Of a stretch of DNA of 64,000 bases, positions 39,524 to 50,846 are shown in pieces. This DNA comes from Tubiluchus corallicola (taxonomy: Eukaryota > Animalia > Priapulida): assembly GCA_030141605.1 (NCBI GenBank), contig JAQGDQ010001002.1, positions 7,180 to 71,179 on the forward strand. Reading direction: 5' to 3'. A program made the translations under genes and the position numbers. The notes under the pieces are model-generated. The model was given only the letters and a program-made list of their open reading frames with translations. It was not told where the DNA came from and ran no database searches. Numbering within the stretch: the stretch's first letter is position 1; every line of letters starts with the position of its first letter.

Positions 39524-40675
39524 CTACTTTCCCTTACACCTGCCTGCCTTCATTAAAGCAATTAAACTTCTCATCTCTACCAATAAAGAATCATAAGTGC
39601 AACTATAGCCACGGCTTAATTGAGCGAACTCCTCTGCTTGTTTTAATATACAAGAACTCAAAGAAGAAACCCTCAAGTGCATACCACCTAGCGTTTCCAA
39701 CTTATGTAAAATACCATGGAATCGAGCCAATAATAATCTATCGTCCTTATCTGCTGAATTAAACAAACCAAACAGCTCAGATGCATCATCCTTCAAATCA
39801 GGACACTGCCTATCCAAAAAAGCCAAGCTCTCCCTACTAAGGTTATATTGTTTAGGTTTAACCTGCCAGGTACCTTTCTTCTTTTCAGTCTGCTCTACTA
39901 ACTTATCTGCACTCCTTTTAACTAAGTAATTGTCTATTTTCTGACCACTATATCGAGTACGTATCCCTCCTCTTACCTCACGCGTCTTAACCCCTGCAGA
40001 ATCCTCCTTCATAAAATTCTTCATAGCCTTTAAAATAGCCTCTATCTTTAAATCGTACTCTAAAATGGCCTCAGTCTGAACGTCCTTATCCACTAATAAC
40101 ACACCAGCCCCTTCCAATAACCTAGTCTCACGCAATCTACCCTCACCTCTCTGACTAAACTCCCCCCTTGACCTTTCCACTGAACTACCCTCATCCAGCG
40201 AGACAATTTCATCATGAACACCATAAGATACTGCAGGATTTTTTGGCCTTAACTCTAACGAACCTGTCTTAGAATCATAACAAGACACAACTTTTTTACT
40301 AACAATTCCTGGAATAGGACACACAGAAGGAGAAGAAGAACGTTTGCTGCCAATAGCACCAACTACACTAACTGTACCCGTTTTTTGATAATGACTCTTT
40401 TCCGAAACAACTTTAGTACGTTTGTCATCTGTTAAATCATTCCGAACCGACAAAGAAGATGATTTCTGTATCACAACTTGGCCTGCAAGACCCTCCTTAC
40501 TGATATATTTAAATAAGTTACCAGCTGCATCCTCCTTGTCAGCTAACCCACCACGGAACCTGCGCGATGATGATCCTCCTCCAACCCCTGACGACACGGA
40601 CAGCCCAGAATCGCGTTCCCCTCCCGACCTCAAATCCTCAAGCAACCCGGACAACAGCTCCTCAGAAGATCCCAT
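39524..40675 (-). CDS. PLE ORF1, 383 aa, unknown function (Ser/Gly-rich disordered N-terminus, helical/coiled-coil-like C-terminus)
   Basis: Long ATG-initiated ORF on the same strand and with the same codon skew as the RT; splice acceptor ttctttattag|GG-ATG just upstream. Confidence 0.8.
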   Translation of the reverse strand: MGSSEELLSGLLEDLRSGGERDSGLSVSSGVGGGSSSRRFRGGLADKEDAAGNLFKYISKEGLAGQVVIQKSSSLSVRNDLTDDKRTKVVSEKSHYQKTGTVSVVGAIGSKRSSSPSVCPIPGIVSKKVVSCYDSKTGSLELRPKNPAVSYGVHDEIVSLDEGSSVERSRGEFSQRGEGRLRETRLLEGAGVLLVDKDVQTEAILEYDLKIEAILKAMKNFMKEDSAGVKTREVRGGIRTRYSGQKIDNYLVKRSADKLVEQTEKKKGTWQVKPKQYNLSRESLAFLDRQCPDLKDDASELFGLFNSADKDDRLLLARFHGILHKLETLGGMHLRVSSLSSCILKQAEEFAQLSRGYSCTYDSLLVEMRSLIALMKAGRCKGK

Positions 40676-40824
40676 CCCTAATAAAGAACAAATGATTCAT
40701 CACAACAATAAAACAGCAATAACATAACCTCACAATCATTTTAGTTGTAAACAATCACATTAATAAACACTCCACAATAATATCAAATCAAACAAATCTA
40801 AATAAACAAAATAACAACGCCAAT

Positions 40825-42580
40825 GAAACAAATTTAAGCTTGCATTGCATACGCTAGCTACCTACCAAAAACAAACACATAAAAAACATGTTTAAACCAA
40901 ACCACTTTCAAAATTTAACAAGGCAAGTACCAGCTAAACCAATCTGGCACTTCAGCAGTTACAATAGAAAGCTACCAAATACATACATACACATAAACAA
41001 TTAACAAATAATCATAATACAGAAATAACAAAACCATAACTGAAACAACAAAATATAAATCTACAACACTCTAACAAATAAACATACACACGTACACACA
41101 CACACACACAAATAGAACACAAAATTAACAGTTATAAAATTTCTACTCATCACACTTCAACATAAAGTATTATAACAATTCTCCATGATAATGCTACTAA
41201 ATACAATATGAGCACACAAATAAAGCTTTCAGCTACTATCAACTACAAATTTAACTCAAGACAAACATAATGTAATCCAACTAACATATGAAATACCTCA
41301 CCTCAAAGAACTAACTTGGTCGGCACTAATTCTCCACAAGCAAAAACAAAAATGACGCTTCTATTTGACACTGCTGCAATCTGAAACTAAATAAAATTTG
41401 CATTGCATTACAATAGCTACCTAAATAAATGCAAGCATATATAAACATGTTAAAAACTTAACCACCTTGAAAACATATCAAGGCAAACACCAGCAAAACC
41501 ACTCTGACACATTCACAATCACAATCGCAGAATACCAACCATATGCATACACGTAAACAACCAATAAATAATCAGAACACAAAAATAACAAGCCAAGGCT
41601 GAACTAACAAAATATAAGGTTACAGCATACTAACAAATATACATACACACACTTACACGCACGCACGCACACACACAAACACACACACACAAGTACTCAC
41701 AAAATAAATAGAACACAAAAATAACAAAACTTATGAGAACTTCTACTCAGCACATTTTAACTTCAACATTAAAAAGTATAACAACTCTCTGTAGTAATAC
41801 ATCTAAATACAATACAAACACATAAATAAACATTTAACAATCATCAACTAAAATTTTAACTCAAAACCAAATAATATAGTCTAGCTAAAGCACAAAAAAC
41901 TCAACTCAAAGAACTAATTTGTCTAAAACTAAATTCTCCACAGGCAAAGAACAAAAATGGCTCTTCTAATTACAACTGCTACTATCTGAAACAAAATGGA
42001 GCTTACATTACATAGCACTAGCTACCTAACCAAAAACAAGCACATATAAACATGTAAAAACCTCACCCCCTTTGAAAACTTATCAAGATAAGCACCAACA
42101 CAAACCAACCTGATACATTCATAATTACAATTGCAAGCTACCTACTAAAAGCAGACACGTGAACAGTCAAAAATAATCAAGATACAAAAATAACAAAGCC
42201 ATTACCGAAATAACAAAAAGCATAAAAATTAAAGCACACCAACAAACAAACATACACACTTACACACACACACATATGCGCGCACACACACACACTTACA
42301 AGCACACGCACAAATACTCGCCAAAGAAATAGAACACAAAAATAACACAACCTAAAGAATCTCTACCCACCACACTTTAACATTAAACATTAACAATCCT
42401 CTATACCAAAAATCTAAACAAACACGCAGATAAACCTTTAGCAGCTATCAACTGCACTTTTAACTCAAACAAATGTAATGAATCTAACTTAATAAGACTT
42501 ACCTCAAAGAAATAACTTGATTAAAACTGTTTTCTACACAGACAAAGACAAAATGGCGCTCCTGACTGCAACTGCTTGCT
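40825..42580 (-). repeat. Three diverged ~600-bp tandem units, each a leader exon plus intron with a (CA)n tract
   Basis: Recurrent landmarks ctcaaagaa at 41302/41905/42503 and aaatagaacacaaaa; donors GAG|GTAAGT (42502) and GAG|GTGAG (41301); acceptors tttcag at 41381 and 41986. Confidence 0.75.
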
Positions 42581-42672
42581 ACGAGAACAAAGAACAAAAT
42601 GGCCCCCAAAAACGCAAAACAAGTCCTTTTACACACATGAAATGTGCACTCAACCAATCAACCAATCACAGG
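42548..42672 (-). promoter_or_regulatory. Candidate internal Pol II promoter of the PLE
   Basis: Tandem CCAATCA boxes (42653-42669) upstream, on the minus strand, of two YY1-like AAAATGGC motifs and the first splice donor. Confidence 0.4.
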
Positions 42673-43420
42673 CGTAAGCAACAATGCATAAAAAACTTGA
42701 CCCAGCAAGTTGCACAATCACAGCTACAATTACTTTCTACTTGAGCAGAAAGCTGCTCACTACTCTGCCTATGTTTATAAATAGAAAGCTGACACGTTTT
42801 ATGAATATTGTTTCCAACCAATAATGACAGCTCTGTGTAACAAAAGATTACTAAAAGAAATTTCAAAAAATTAAACCTCTGCAACTATTAAGCTAATAAA
42901 GTAATATAAGAATATAAGCATATAATTTAAATTATTTTAGCTTAACTCTCACAGACAGGTCAATCTTAAGTTTTGGAGGGATATAACAAAGGAATTTGAA
43001 TGTGGCAGATGCTAAACTAAGAATCTCTGAACATCTGACATTTGTAAGTAATGGTTTTTGTTAGCTTTCAATTGTATTACAGTTTAAAACTCTGTACGAA
43101 ATCTTAATCATATATTTAAGTCAAATTATGATTTAGTAAAGAAATTTTTATGAAAATGCTAAACAAAGCAAGTCTATTCCATGATAACGAAATACTTGCC
43201 TCCAAAATGGCTATCAACCTGACTTTGGCACCCCTCTATTTCTTTTAAGTTACACTTCAATGAAAATTATAATTATATTTAGTACATCTACTTAATTAAT
43301 GAAAACCAAGGTTTTTTAAAAAAACTTTTTTAAAAAAAACATTTTTAAAAAATACATTCTCTTAAAACATCTAATAAATAAAGCCTTGCTATTCACAATA
43401 ATTTTAATTTTAACTTTAAA

Positions 43421-44330
43421 CATCTAAATAAATAAAATAAGAAAAATTCTTTAAAAAACATTCTTTTAAAACACCTGCTAAATAAAGCCATGCTATTCAC
43501 AATAATTTTAATTTCAACTTTAAGCATCTAAATAAATAAAATAAAAAAATTTTTAAAAAACCTATCAGATAAGAAACCTCCTAATTATAATATTCCAAAT
43601 TTAAACATCTAGATAAATTTAATTAAATAGCATTCAACTTGAAACAACACAACTACTTCAAAAAATAAAAAGCCGTTAAAAAATTCCCTGTATTCGTATA
43701 TATATGTGTGTATTTATGTAATACGGAGGGCCGTGCAGTTGCAGAGCTCAGCTTTAACAACGCACGGTCGGCTGCGACTTGAGAAGATTAAGAGTTGGGG
43801 TTTAGCAGCCGAAACTCGACTTCCAAGTTACCTCCTGATGACTCCAAAAATCTGTAATTGTATTTGTCTTCTCGTTATCCTCACTCCTTTCATAACGCAT
43901 TCATTGAAAAATATTATAACTATATGTACATATGAAAATAACAAAAATTCTCTTCTCTACATTAGCTCAAGCTATTTGATAATTATTGATTACTATCGTG
44001 CCTAAATTTTAACTCAATCACCTCTCAAAAAGCTAAAAATATAATATAATATGTAAAACCCACTCCCATGACCATCTTTATCCAAACTGTTTTTTCTCGC
44101 TATCCTACTCTTACTGACCTGCCTAACTGTTCCTGTTTAACACTTCTTATAAACTTCTATTCTCGCTAGTACAAACTATATTTACTAACAATTACCAGGT
44201 GCCACTTAGCTGGTCGGCCGCTGCTATAGCGATATGCTTCAGTTTAAACCTAGACATGTGCTCGCATCTAGCATAACCTCTTGGTTATCGCATTTCCAGG
44301 GCCAATTTTATATTGGTTTTCATAAACAAA
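43421..44330 (+). repeat. Right terminal repeat (pLTR-like) of the PLE
   Basis: Near-identical to 33518-34429; preceded by a ~100-bp sub-repeat from ~43330. Confidence 0.95.
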
Positions 44331-46215
44331 AAATTAGACAATTTTGCGGTGTTTTTGCATGAACGTAAGGTAAGCTGCAGAAATTTTAATTAGTTTAAGC
44401 ATCGTGTACTTACAGAAAACCATGACGTGCTTACGAAAAGTCACGAAGTCCACCAGTTACATCACAATTTTCAAGTAATTGGTGGCAATCAGAACGCCTG
44501 AAAATTGCTACACGGTAGTAGTCTAAATTAGCTTTATGCCTTATAGACAGCTTTTTTTAAATTTCTTTGTTACATTTTAGCTGCTGTAACAACAGTAACA
44601 ATAAAATTAACAATAACAGAAAAAATAAACCCAAGTGACTTGTCCTTTCCATTAAAGGAGTCCTTCTAAAGAAGTTTAAAGGAAAGGCCAAGCCTGCTGC
44701 TAGGAGGTTAATCTTATTTCAATGTTCGCGAAAAATATTAGAATGATTTAGTAATAAAACTGCAATAAGCGCCTCATGTAACTAGTAAAATCGCTTTAAA
44801 GTCGCCATAACTTCATGTTAAGGCGCTTCCATTTTCAAAGTCTATTCTTCTTCCAATGACATTATTCGTCCAGAAGAAAAGTAGCGCACTGTCAATCTAA
44901 GTCAAAAGTTTAATAGGTTTTTACAAAAAAAATAGATAGCTAATTTTGTAAGATATTTACGTAACAATATACAAACTGCATAAGCCTGAATTAATATAAT
45001 AATATAATATAATAATAATAATGATAATAATGATGATGATGATGATGATGAATCTTTTTTGCAATTAATGTACACAAACTGTACTGTACAAAATACATAT
45101 ACATAAAATTTTTGTGTACAATCCGTCGGAGGACTGATGAATGCAATAGCACCTATAATAAAATTATTTGAAACTCTACAATATTAATTAATTTCTACTT
45201 AATTTTAACACTCATGAACAAAAAATACAATGTAACATCTACAAATTTTACAAATGCACAACCATTGAAAACATTAAAAATGAACACAACTTATATGATA
45301 TTAATTAAATGCAAATTCATGAAATACATTACTGCTTTAATTTACCAAATAATACAAACATAAAATTTACGCATAGTTACAGCTTTGATTAAAATGCTGT
45401 TATAATAATAATATGCCACGTCATAATCTTTGTAAGTTTACTATAATGACATTACGTAATCATTATTAATTCCGCATGTGATTTTATCTCCTTTGTTCTC
45501 CGGTTTTCTGTTGTTTCTTCTTACAGTAGCACTGTACTTCAATTTTCCTTTCCGAAAATACGCACAACACTCTCGTAAAATATTTTTGGTGTTGAAAATT
45601 ATGTTAGTTTGTGACGTCATCAATAGTTGGGCTTGCCCGCCGTTAATTAAGTTTCTAATCTATTATTTAATTATCAGAAACGCTTTTCCAGTATTATTGG
45701 TGTTAAAATGTATACTTTTTATCGGACTTGAAAATAGGGTAAAACATGAAAAATCATCCTGTCTTCCATTAAGTAACAAATTATTTTGTAATTTATAGTA
45801 GTCTTTTAAATGTTATTATCAAAAAAAGAAAGAATTTCTTTAGCAGAAGGTTTTTTCTGAAGTCTGGTTCTAACCATATACTAATTTATGAATCTCGCCT
45901 ATGTTATCATTCATAATATTAGCTAGTGGCGTCGTTAAACCTAACTAGCAATATCCTTAAGATTCTTAGATAATATACATAAAATTCCACATACCGTCGC
46001 TAGAGGGCAGAGCACGAAAAAACAGACGACATCGCCTAATAGATGCTTTCTCTCAGTGAGATTGCCAGGGGTTTTCAACCACTAAAATGCAAAATACATA
46101 CAACCACTAAAAATGCAAAATGGCTAATTAATGAACGCTAATATAGTAGCTTTAATAATTATGACTATTAGAAGAATAAAGGGCAGAAAATGGAACTACG
46201 AGAAAATGATATTCA

Positions 46216-47162
46216 TTTATGAAAACCAATATAAAATTGGCCCTGGAAATGCGATAACCAAGAGGTTATGCTAGATGCGAGCACATGTCTAGGTTTAAAC
46301 TGAAGCATATCGCTATAGCAGCGGCCGACCAGCTAAGTGGCACCTGGCAATTGTTAGTAAATATAGTTTGTACTAGCGAGAATAGAAGTTTATAAGAAGT
46401 GTTAAACAGGAACAGTTAGGCAGGTCAGTAAGAGTAGGATAGCGAGAAAAAACAGTTTGGATAAAGATGGTCATGGGAGTGGGTTTTACATATTATATTA
46501 TATTTTTAGCTTTTTGAGAGGTGATTGAGTTAAAATTTAGGCATGATAGTAATCAATAATTATCAAATAGCTTGAGCTAATGTAGAGAAGAGAATTTTTG
46601 TTATTTTCATATGTACATATAGTTATAATATTTTTCAATGAATGCGTTATGAAAGGAGTGAGGATAACGAGAAGACAAATACAATTACAGATTTTTGGAG
46701 TCATCAGGAGGTAACTTGGAAGTCGAGTTTCGGCTGCTAAACCCCAACTCTTAATCTTCTCAAGTCGCAGCCGACCGTGCGTTGTTAAAGCTGAGCTCTG
46801 CAACTGCACGGCCCTCCGTATTACATAAATACACACATATATATACGAATACAGGGAATTTTTTAACGGCTTTTTATTTTTTGAAGTAGTTGTGTTGTTT
46901 CAAGTTGAATGCTATTTAATTAAATTTATCTAGATGTTTAAATTTGGAATATTATAATTAGGAGGTTTCTTATCTGATAGGTTTTTTTAAAAATTTTTTT
47001 ATTTTATTTATTTAGATGCTTAAAGTTGAAATTAAAATTATTGTGAATAGCATGGCTTTATTTAGCAGGTGTTTTAAAAGAATGTTTTTTAAAGAATTTT
47101 TCTTATTTTATTTATTTAGATGTTTAAAGTTAAAATTAAAATTATTGTGAATAGCAAGGCTT
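46216..47162 (-). mobile_element. Inverted solo copy of the PLE terminal repeat
   Basis: Reverse complement of ~43381-44326. Confidence 0.93.
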
Positions 47163-47163
47163 G

Positions 47164-48346
47164 AGCAGCCGAAACTCGACTTCCAAGTTACCTCCTGATG
47201 ACTCCAAAAATCTGTAATTGTATTTGTCTTTTCGTTATCCTCACTCCTTTCATAACGTATTCATTGAAAAATATTATAACTATATGTACATATGAAAAAA
47301 CAAAAATTCTCCTCTCCACATTAGCTCAAGCTATTTGATAATTATTGATTACTATCATACCTAAATTTTAACTCAATCACCTCTCAAAAAGCTAAAAAAT
47401 ATAATATAATATATAAAACCCACTCCCATGACCTTCTTTATCCAAACTGTTTTTTCTCGCTATCCTACTCTTAGTAACCTGCCTAACTATTCCTGTTTCA
47501 CATTTCTTATAAACTTCTTTTCTCGCTAGTACAAACTATATCTACTAACAATTGCCAGGTGCCACAATGCTGGTCGGCCGCTGCTGTAGCGATATGCTTC
47601 AGTTTAAACCTAGACATGTGCTCGCATCTAGCATAACCTCTTGGTTATCGCATTTCCAGAGCCAATTTTATATTGGTTTTCATAAACAAATAAATAAGGT
47701 GCACACCCCTGTCATCTAAGGTTTGCTGATCTTACTTTATTCTACTCACTAACATACTATAACCTACAACCAACTCTACTCTCTTCTCTCTTTACAATTT
47801 CAAAATATCAAAATAAAAAATTTTCACTAATAATTTATGAAAAATTTAATTTACTAATAGGGAATGAGTATTAATAATCCTGATATTCTTATTAATAATA
47901 TATAAATATAAAAGTTCATTTTAAAAAAATATTATAACTATATGTACATATAAAAATAACAAAAATTCTCTTCTCTACATTAGCTCAAGCTATTTGATAA
48001 TTATTGATTACTATCGTGCCTAAATTTTAACTCAATCACCTCTCAAAAAGCTAAAAATATAATATAATATATAAAACCCACTCCCATGACCTTCTTTATC
48101 CAAACTGTTTTTTCTCGCTATCCTACTCTTAGTAACCTGCCTAACTATTCCTGTTTCACATTTCTTATAAACTTCTTTTCTCGCTAGTACAAACTATATC
48201 TACTAACAATTGCCAGGTGCCACAATGCTGGTCGGCCGCTGCTGTAGCGATATACTTCAGTTTAAACCTAGACATGTGCTCGCATCTAGCATAACCTCTT
48301 GGTTATCGCATTTCCAGGGCCAATTTTATATTGGTTTTCATAAACA
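47164..48346 (+). mobile_element. Two truncated tandem copies of the terminal repeat (47164-47795 including a ~105-bp extension; 47925-48346), a slightly different subfamily
   Basis: Match 33903-34535 and ~34005-34427; share diagnostic variants (ccacaatgc, gctgtagcg). Confidence 0.9.
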
Positions 48347-48351
48347 GGCCA

Positions 48352-50055
48352 ATTAAATTAAGTTAAGTTGAGTTGAGTTGAGTTGAGTTGAGTTGAGTTG
48401 AGTTGAGTTGAGTTGAGTTGAGTTGAGTTGAGTTAAGTTAAGTTGAGTTGAGTTGAGTTGAGTTGAGTTGAGTTGAGTTGAGTTGAGTTGAGTTGAGTTG
48501 AGTTGAGTTGAGTTGAGTTGAGTTGAGTTGAGTTGAGTTGAGTTGAGTTGAGTTGAGTTGAGTTGAGTTGAGTTGAGTTGAGTTGAGTTGAGTTGAGTTG
48601 AGTTGAGTTGAGTTGAGTTGAGTTGAGTTGAGTTGAGTTGAGTTGAGTTGAGTTGAGTTGAGTTAAGTTAAGTTAAGTTAAGTTAAGTTAAGTTAAGTTA
48701 AGTTAAGTTAAGATATGTTAAGTTAAGTTAAGTTAAGTTAACTTAACTCAAGTTAAGTTAAGTTAAGTTAAGTTAAGTTAAGTTAAGTTAAGTTAAGTTA
48801 AGTTAAGTTAAGTTAAGTTAAGTTAAGTTAAGTTAAGTTAAGTTAAGTTAAGTTAAAGTCAAGTCAAGTCAAGTCAAGTCAAGTCAAGTCAAGTCAAGTC
48901 AAGTCAAGTCAAGTCAAGTCAAGTCAAGTCAAGTCAAGTCAAGTCAAGTCAAGTCAAGTCAAGTCAAGTCAAGTCAAGTCAAGTCAAGTCAAGTCAAGTC
49001 AAGTCAAGTCAAGGCAAGTCAAGTCAAGTCAAGTCAAGTCAAGTCAAGTTTAGTTAAATGTTAAGTTAAGTGTTAAGCTAAGCTAAGCTAAGCTAAGCTA
49101 AGCTAAGCTAAGCTAAGCTAAGCTAAGCTAAGCTAAGCTAAGCTAAGCTAAGCTAAGCTAAGCTAAGCTAGGCTAGGCTAGGCTAGGCTAGGCTAGGCTA
49201 GGCTAGGCTAGGCTAGGCTAGGCTAGGCTAGGCTAGGCTAGGCTAGGCTAGGCTAGGCTAAGCTAAGCTAAGCTAAGCTAAGCTAAGCTAAGCTAAGCTA
49301 AGCTAAGCTAAGCTAAGCTAAGCTAAGCTAAGCTAAGTTAAGTTAAGTTAAGTTAAGTTAAGTTAAGTTAAGTTAAGTTAAGATATGTTAAGTTAAGTTA
49401 AGTTAAGTTAAGTTAAGTTAAGTTAAGTTAAGTTAACTTAACTCAAGTTAAGTTAAGTTAAGTTAAGTTAAGTTAAGTTAAGTTAAGTTAAGTTAAGTTA
49501 AGTTAAGTTAAGTTAAGTTAAGTTAAGTTAAGTTAAGTTAAAGTCAAGTCAAGTCAAGTCAAGTCAAGTCAAGTCAAGTCAAGTCAAGTCAAGTCAAGTC
49601 AAGTCAAGTCAAGTCAAGTCAAGTCAAGGCAAGGCAAGTCAAGTCAAGTCAAGTCAAGTCAAGTTTAGTTAAGTGTTAAGTTAAGTGTTAAGCTAAGCTA
49701 AGCTAAGCTAAGCTAAGCTAAGCTAAGCTAAGCTAAGCTAAGCTAAGCTAAGCTAAGCTAAGCTAAGCTAAGCTAAGCTAAGCTAAGCTAGGCTAGGCTA
49801 GGCTAGGCTAGGCTAAGCTAAGCTAAGCTAAGCTAAGCTAAGCTAAGCTAAGCTAAGCTAAGCTAAGCTAAGCTAAGTTAAGTTAAGTTAAGTTAAGTTA
49901 AGTTAAGTTAAGTTAAGTTAAGTTAAGTTAAATTAAGTTAAGCTAAGCTAAGCTAAGCTAAGATAAGTTAGGTTAGGTTAGATTAGGTTAGGTTAGGTTA
50001 GGTAAGGTTAGGTTTAGGCTACCACAAGTTAAGTTAAAATTAAGTTAAGTTAAAT
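48352..50055. repeat. Compound pentanucleotide array (AGTTG, AGTTA, AGTCA, AGCTA, GGCTA, GGTTA) with a higher-order duplication
   Basis: Directly visible. Confidence 0.97.
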
Positions 50056-50262
50056 ATAAAGTAATTTACATTAAATTAAATGAAAGTGAATTGAGTTAAA
50101 TCGAATTAAACGTAGCCGATTACATTTTCAAATATTTTGGCAACCCTGCAAATTATTCTCAGGGAATTTGACATGATCTTGTTTATCATGTCCAAAGAGA
50201 AAGGGTTGGCATTTTTTCTTAGAAATATAATAGTAACCACAACCTTTTTGAAAAACAAATAG

Positions 50263-50456
50263 CAAGCAGCAGTGGATGGTAAGCAGCTGAACGTTTCCGC
50301 CATGATGGACACGTGGACCTTGCAGATGGGGTACCCTCTAGTGACGGTAAACAGAACTTATGGTAGGCGCCCCAAAGTGCATCTAAGTCAACAGCATTTT
50401 CTAATTGATCCCAATTCTCCAGTTGTTGAACCATTTCCGGTTCCGCTAAAAGACAA
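50263..50456 (+). CDS. M1-family aminopeptidase (aminopeptidase N/ERAP-like), internal exon
   Basis: MMDTWTLQMGYPLVTV...QQHFL is the conserved post-catalytic M1 motif; ag|...|gtaagt, phase 0-2. Confidence 0.92.
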
Positions 50457-50846
50457 GTAAGTTATATTTTTACAATAGCACAAGCTTATCCATCGAAAAT
50501 GGCTTCATAATTTATTTACAATTATAAACTTTTTAGATTATTAATGTAAGTCTAACGTAGTTTCAGCCGTTATAAATGGCAATGTTTAATTAGCTGTTAT
50601 TCGCCCGTCGTCAATAACAACGGACGTTAATGCCATTAACCGGACCTCTTCATTAACAACGAGCATTAGCGACCATTAACAGTCGTGTCATCGTTAACAA
50701 CACTACTAAAACACAATGGAAAAGCAACGAATTATGAACGACGGTATACAATAAATAACTTTGTCCCGCTTTTAGATTAAGTTTATTTTATTAAGGGCAA
50801 TTTTATTCACATAATGTAATTATGCCATGGTTGCATGCTGCGCAAC

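Larger units (their letters stand above)
33518..44330 (-). mobile_element. Penelope-like retroelement, endonuclease-deficient, two ORFs, ~910-bp direct terminal repeats (pLTR-like)
   Basis: PLE-type RT ORF, upstream ORF, near-identical repeats 33518-34429 and 43421-44330, strong A/C skew on the + strand throughout; no target-site duplication seen. Confidence 0.85.

Noticed and set aside
40422-40727. 101-aa + strand ORF
   Set aside because: Antisense shadow of ORF1
33518-44330. LTR retrotransposon or DIRS element
   Set aside because: No TG...CA ends, PBS, protease, RNase H, integrase or tyrosine recombinase; the RT motifs are PLE-type
46737-46750. TAAACCCCAAC resembling a ciliate telomerase template
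   Set aside because: No matching TTGGGG-type repeats nearby, and it lies on the strand disfavoured by the G-U pairing evidence
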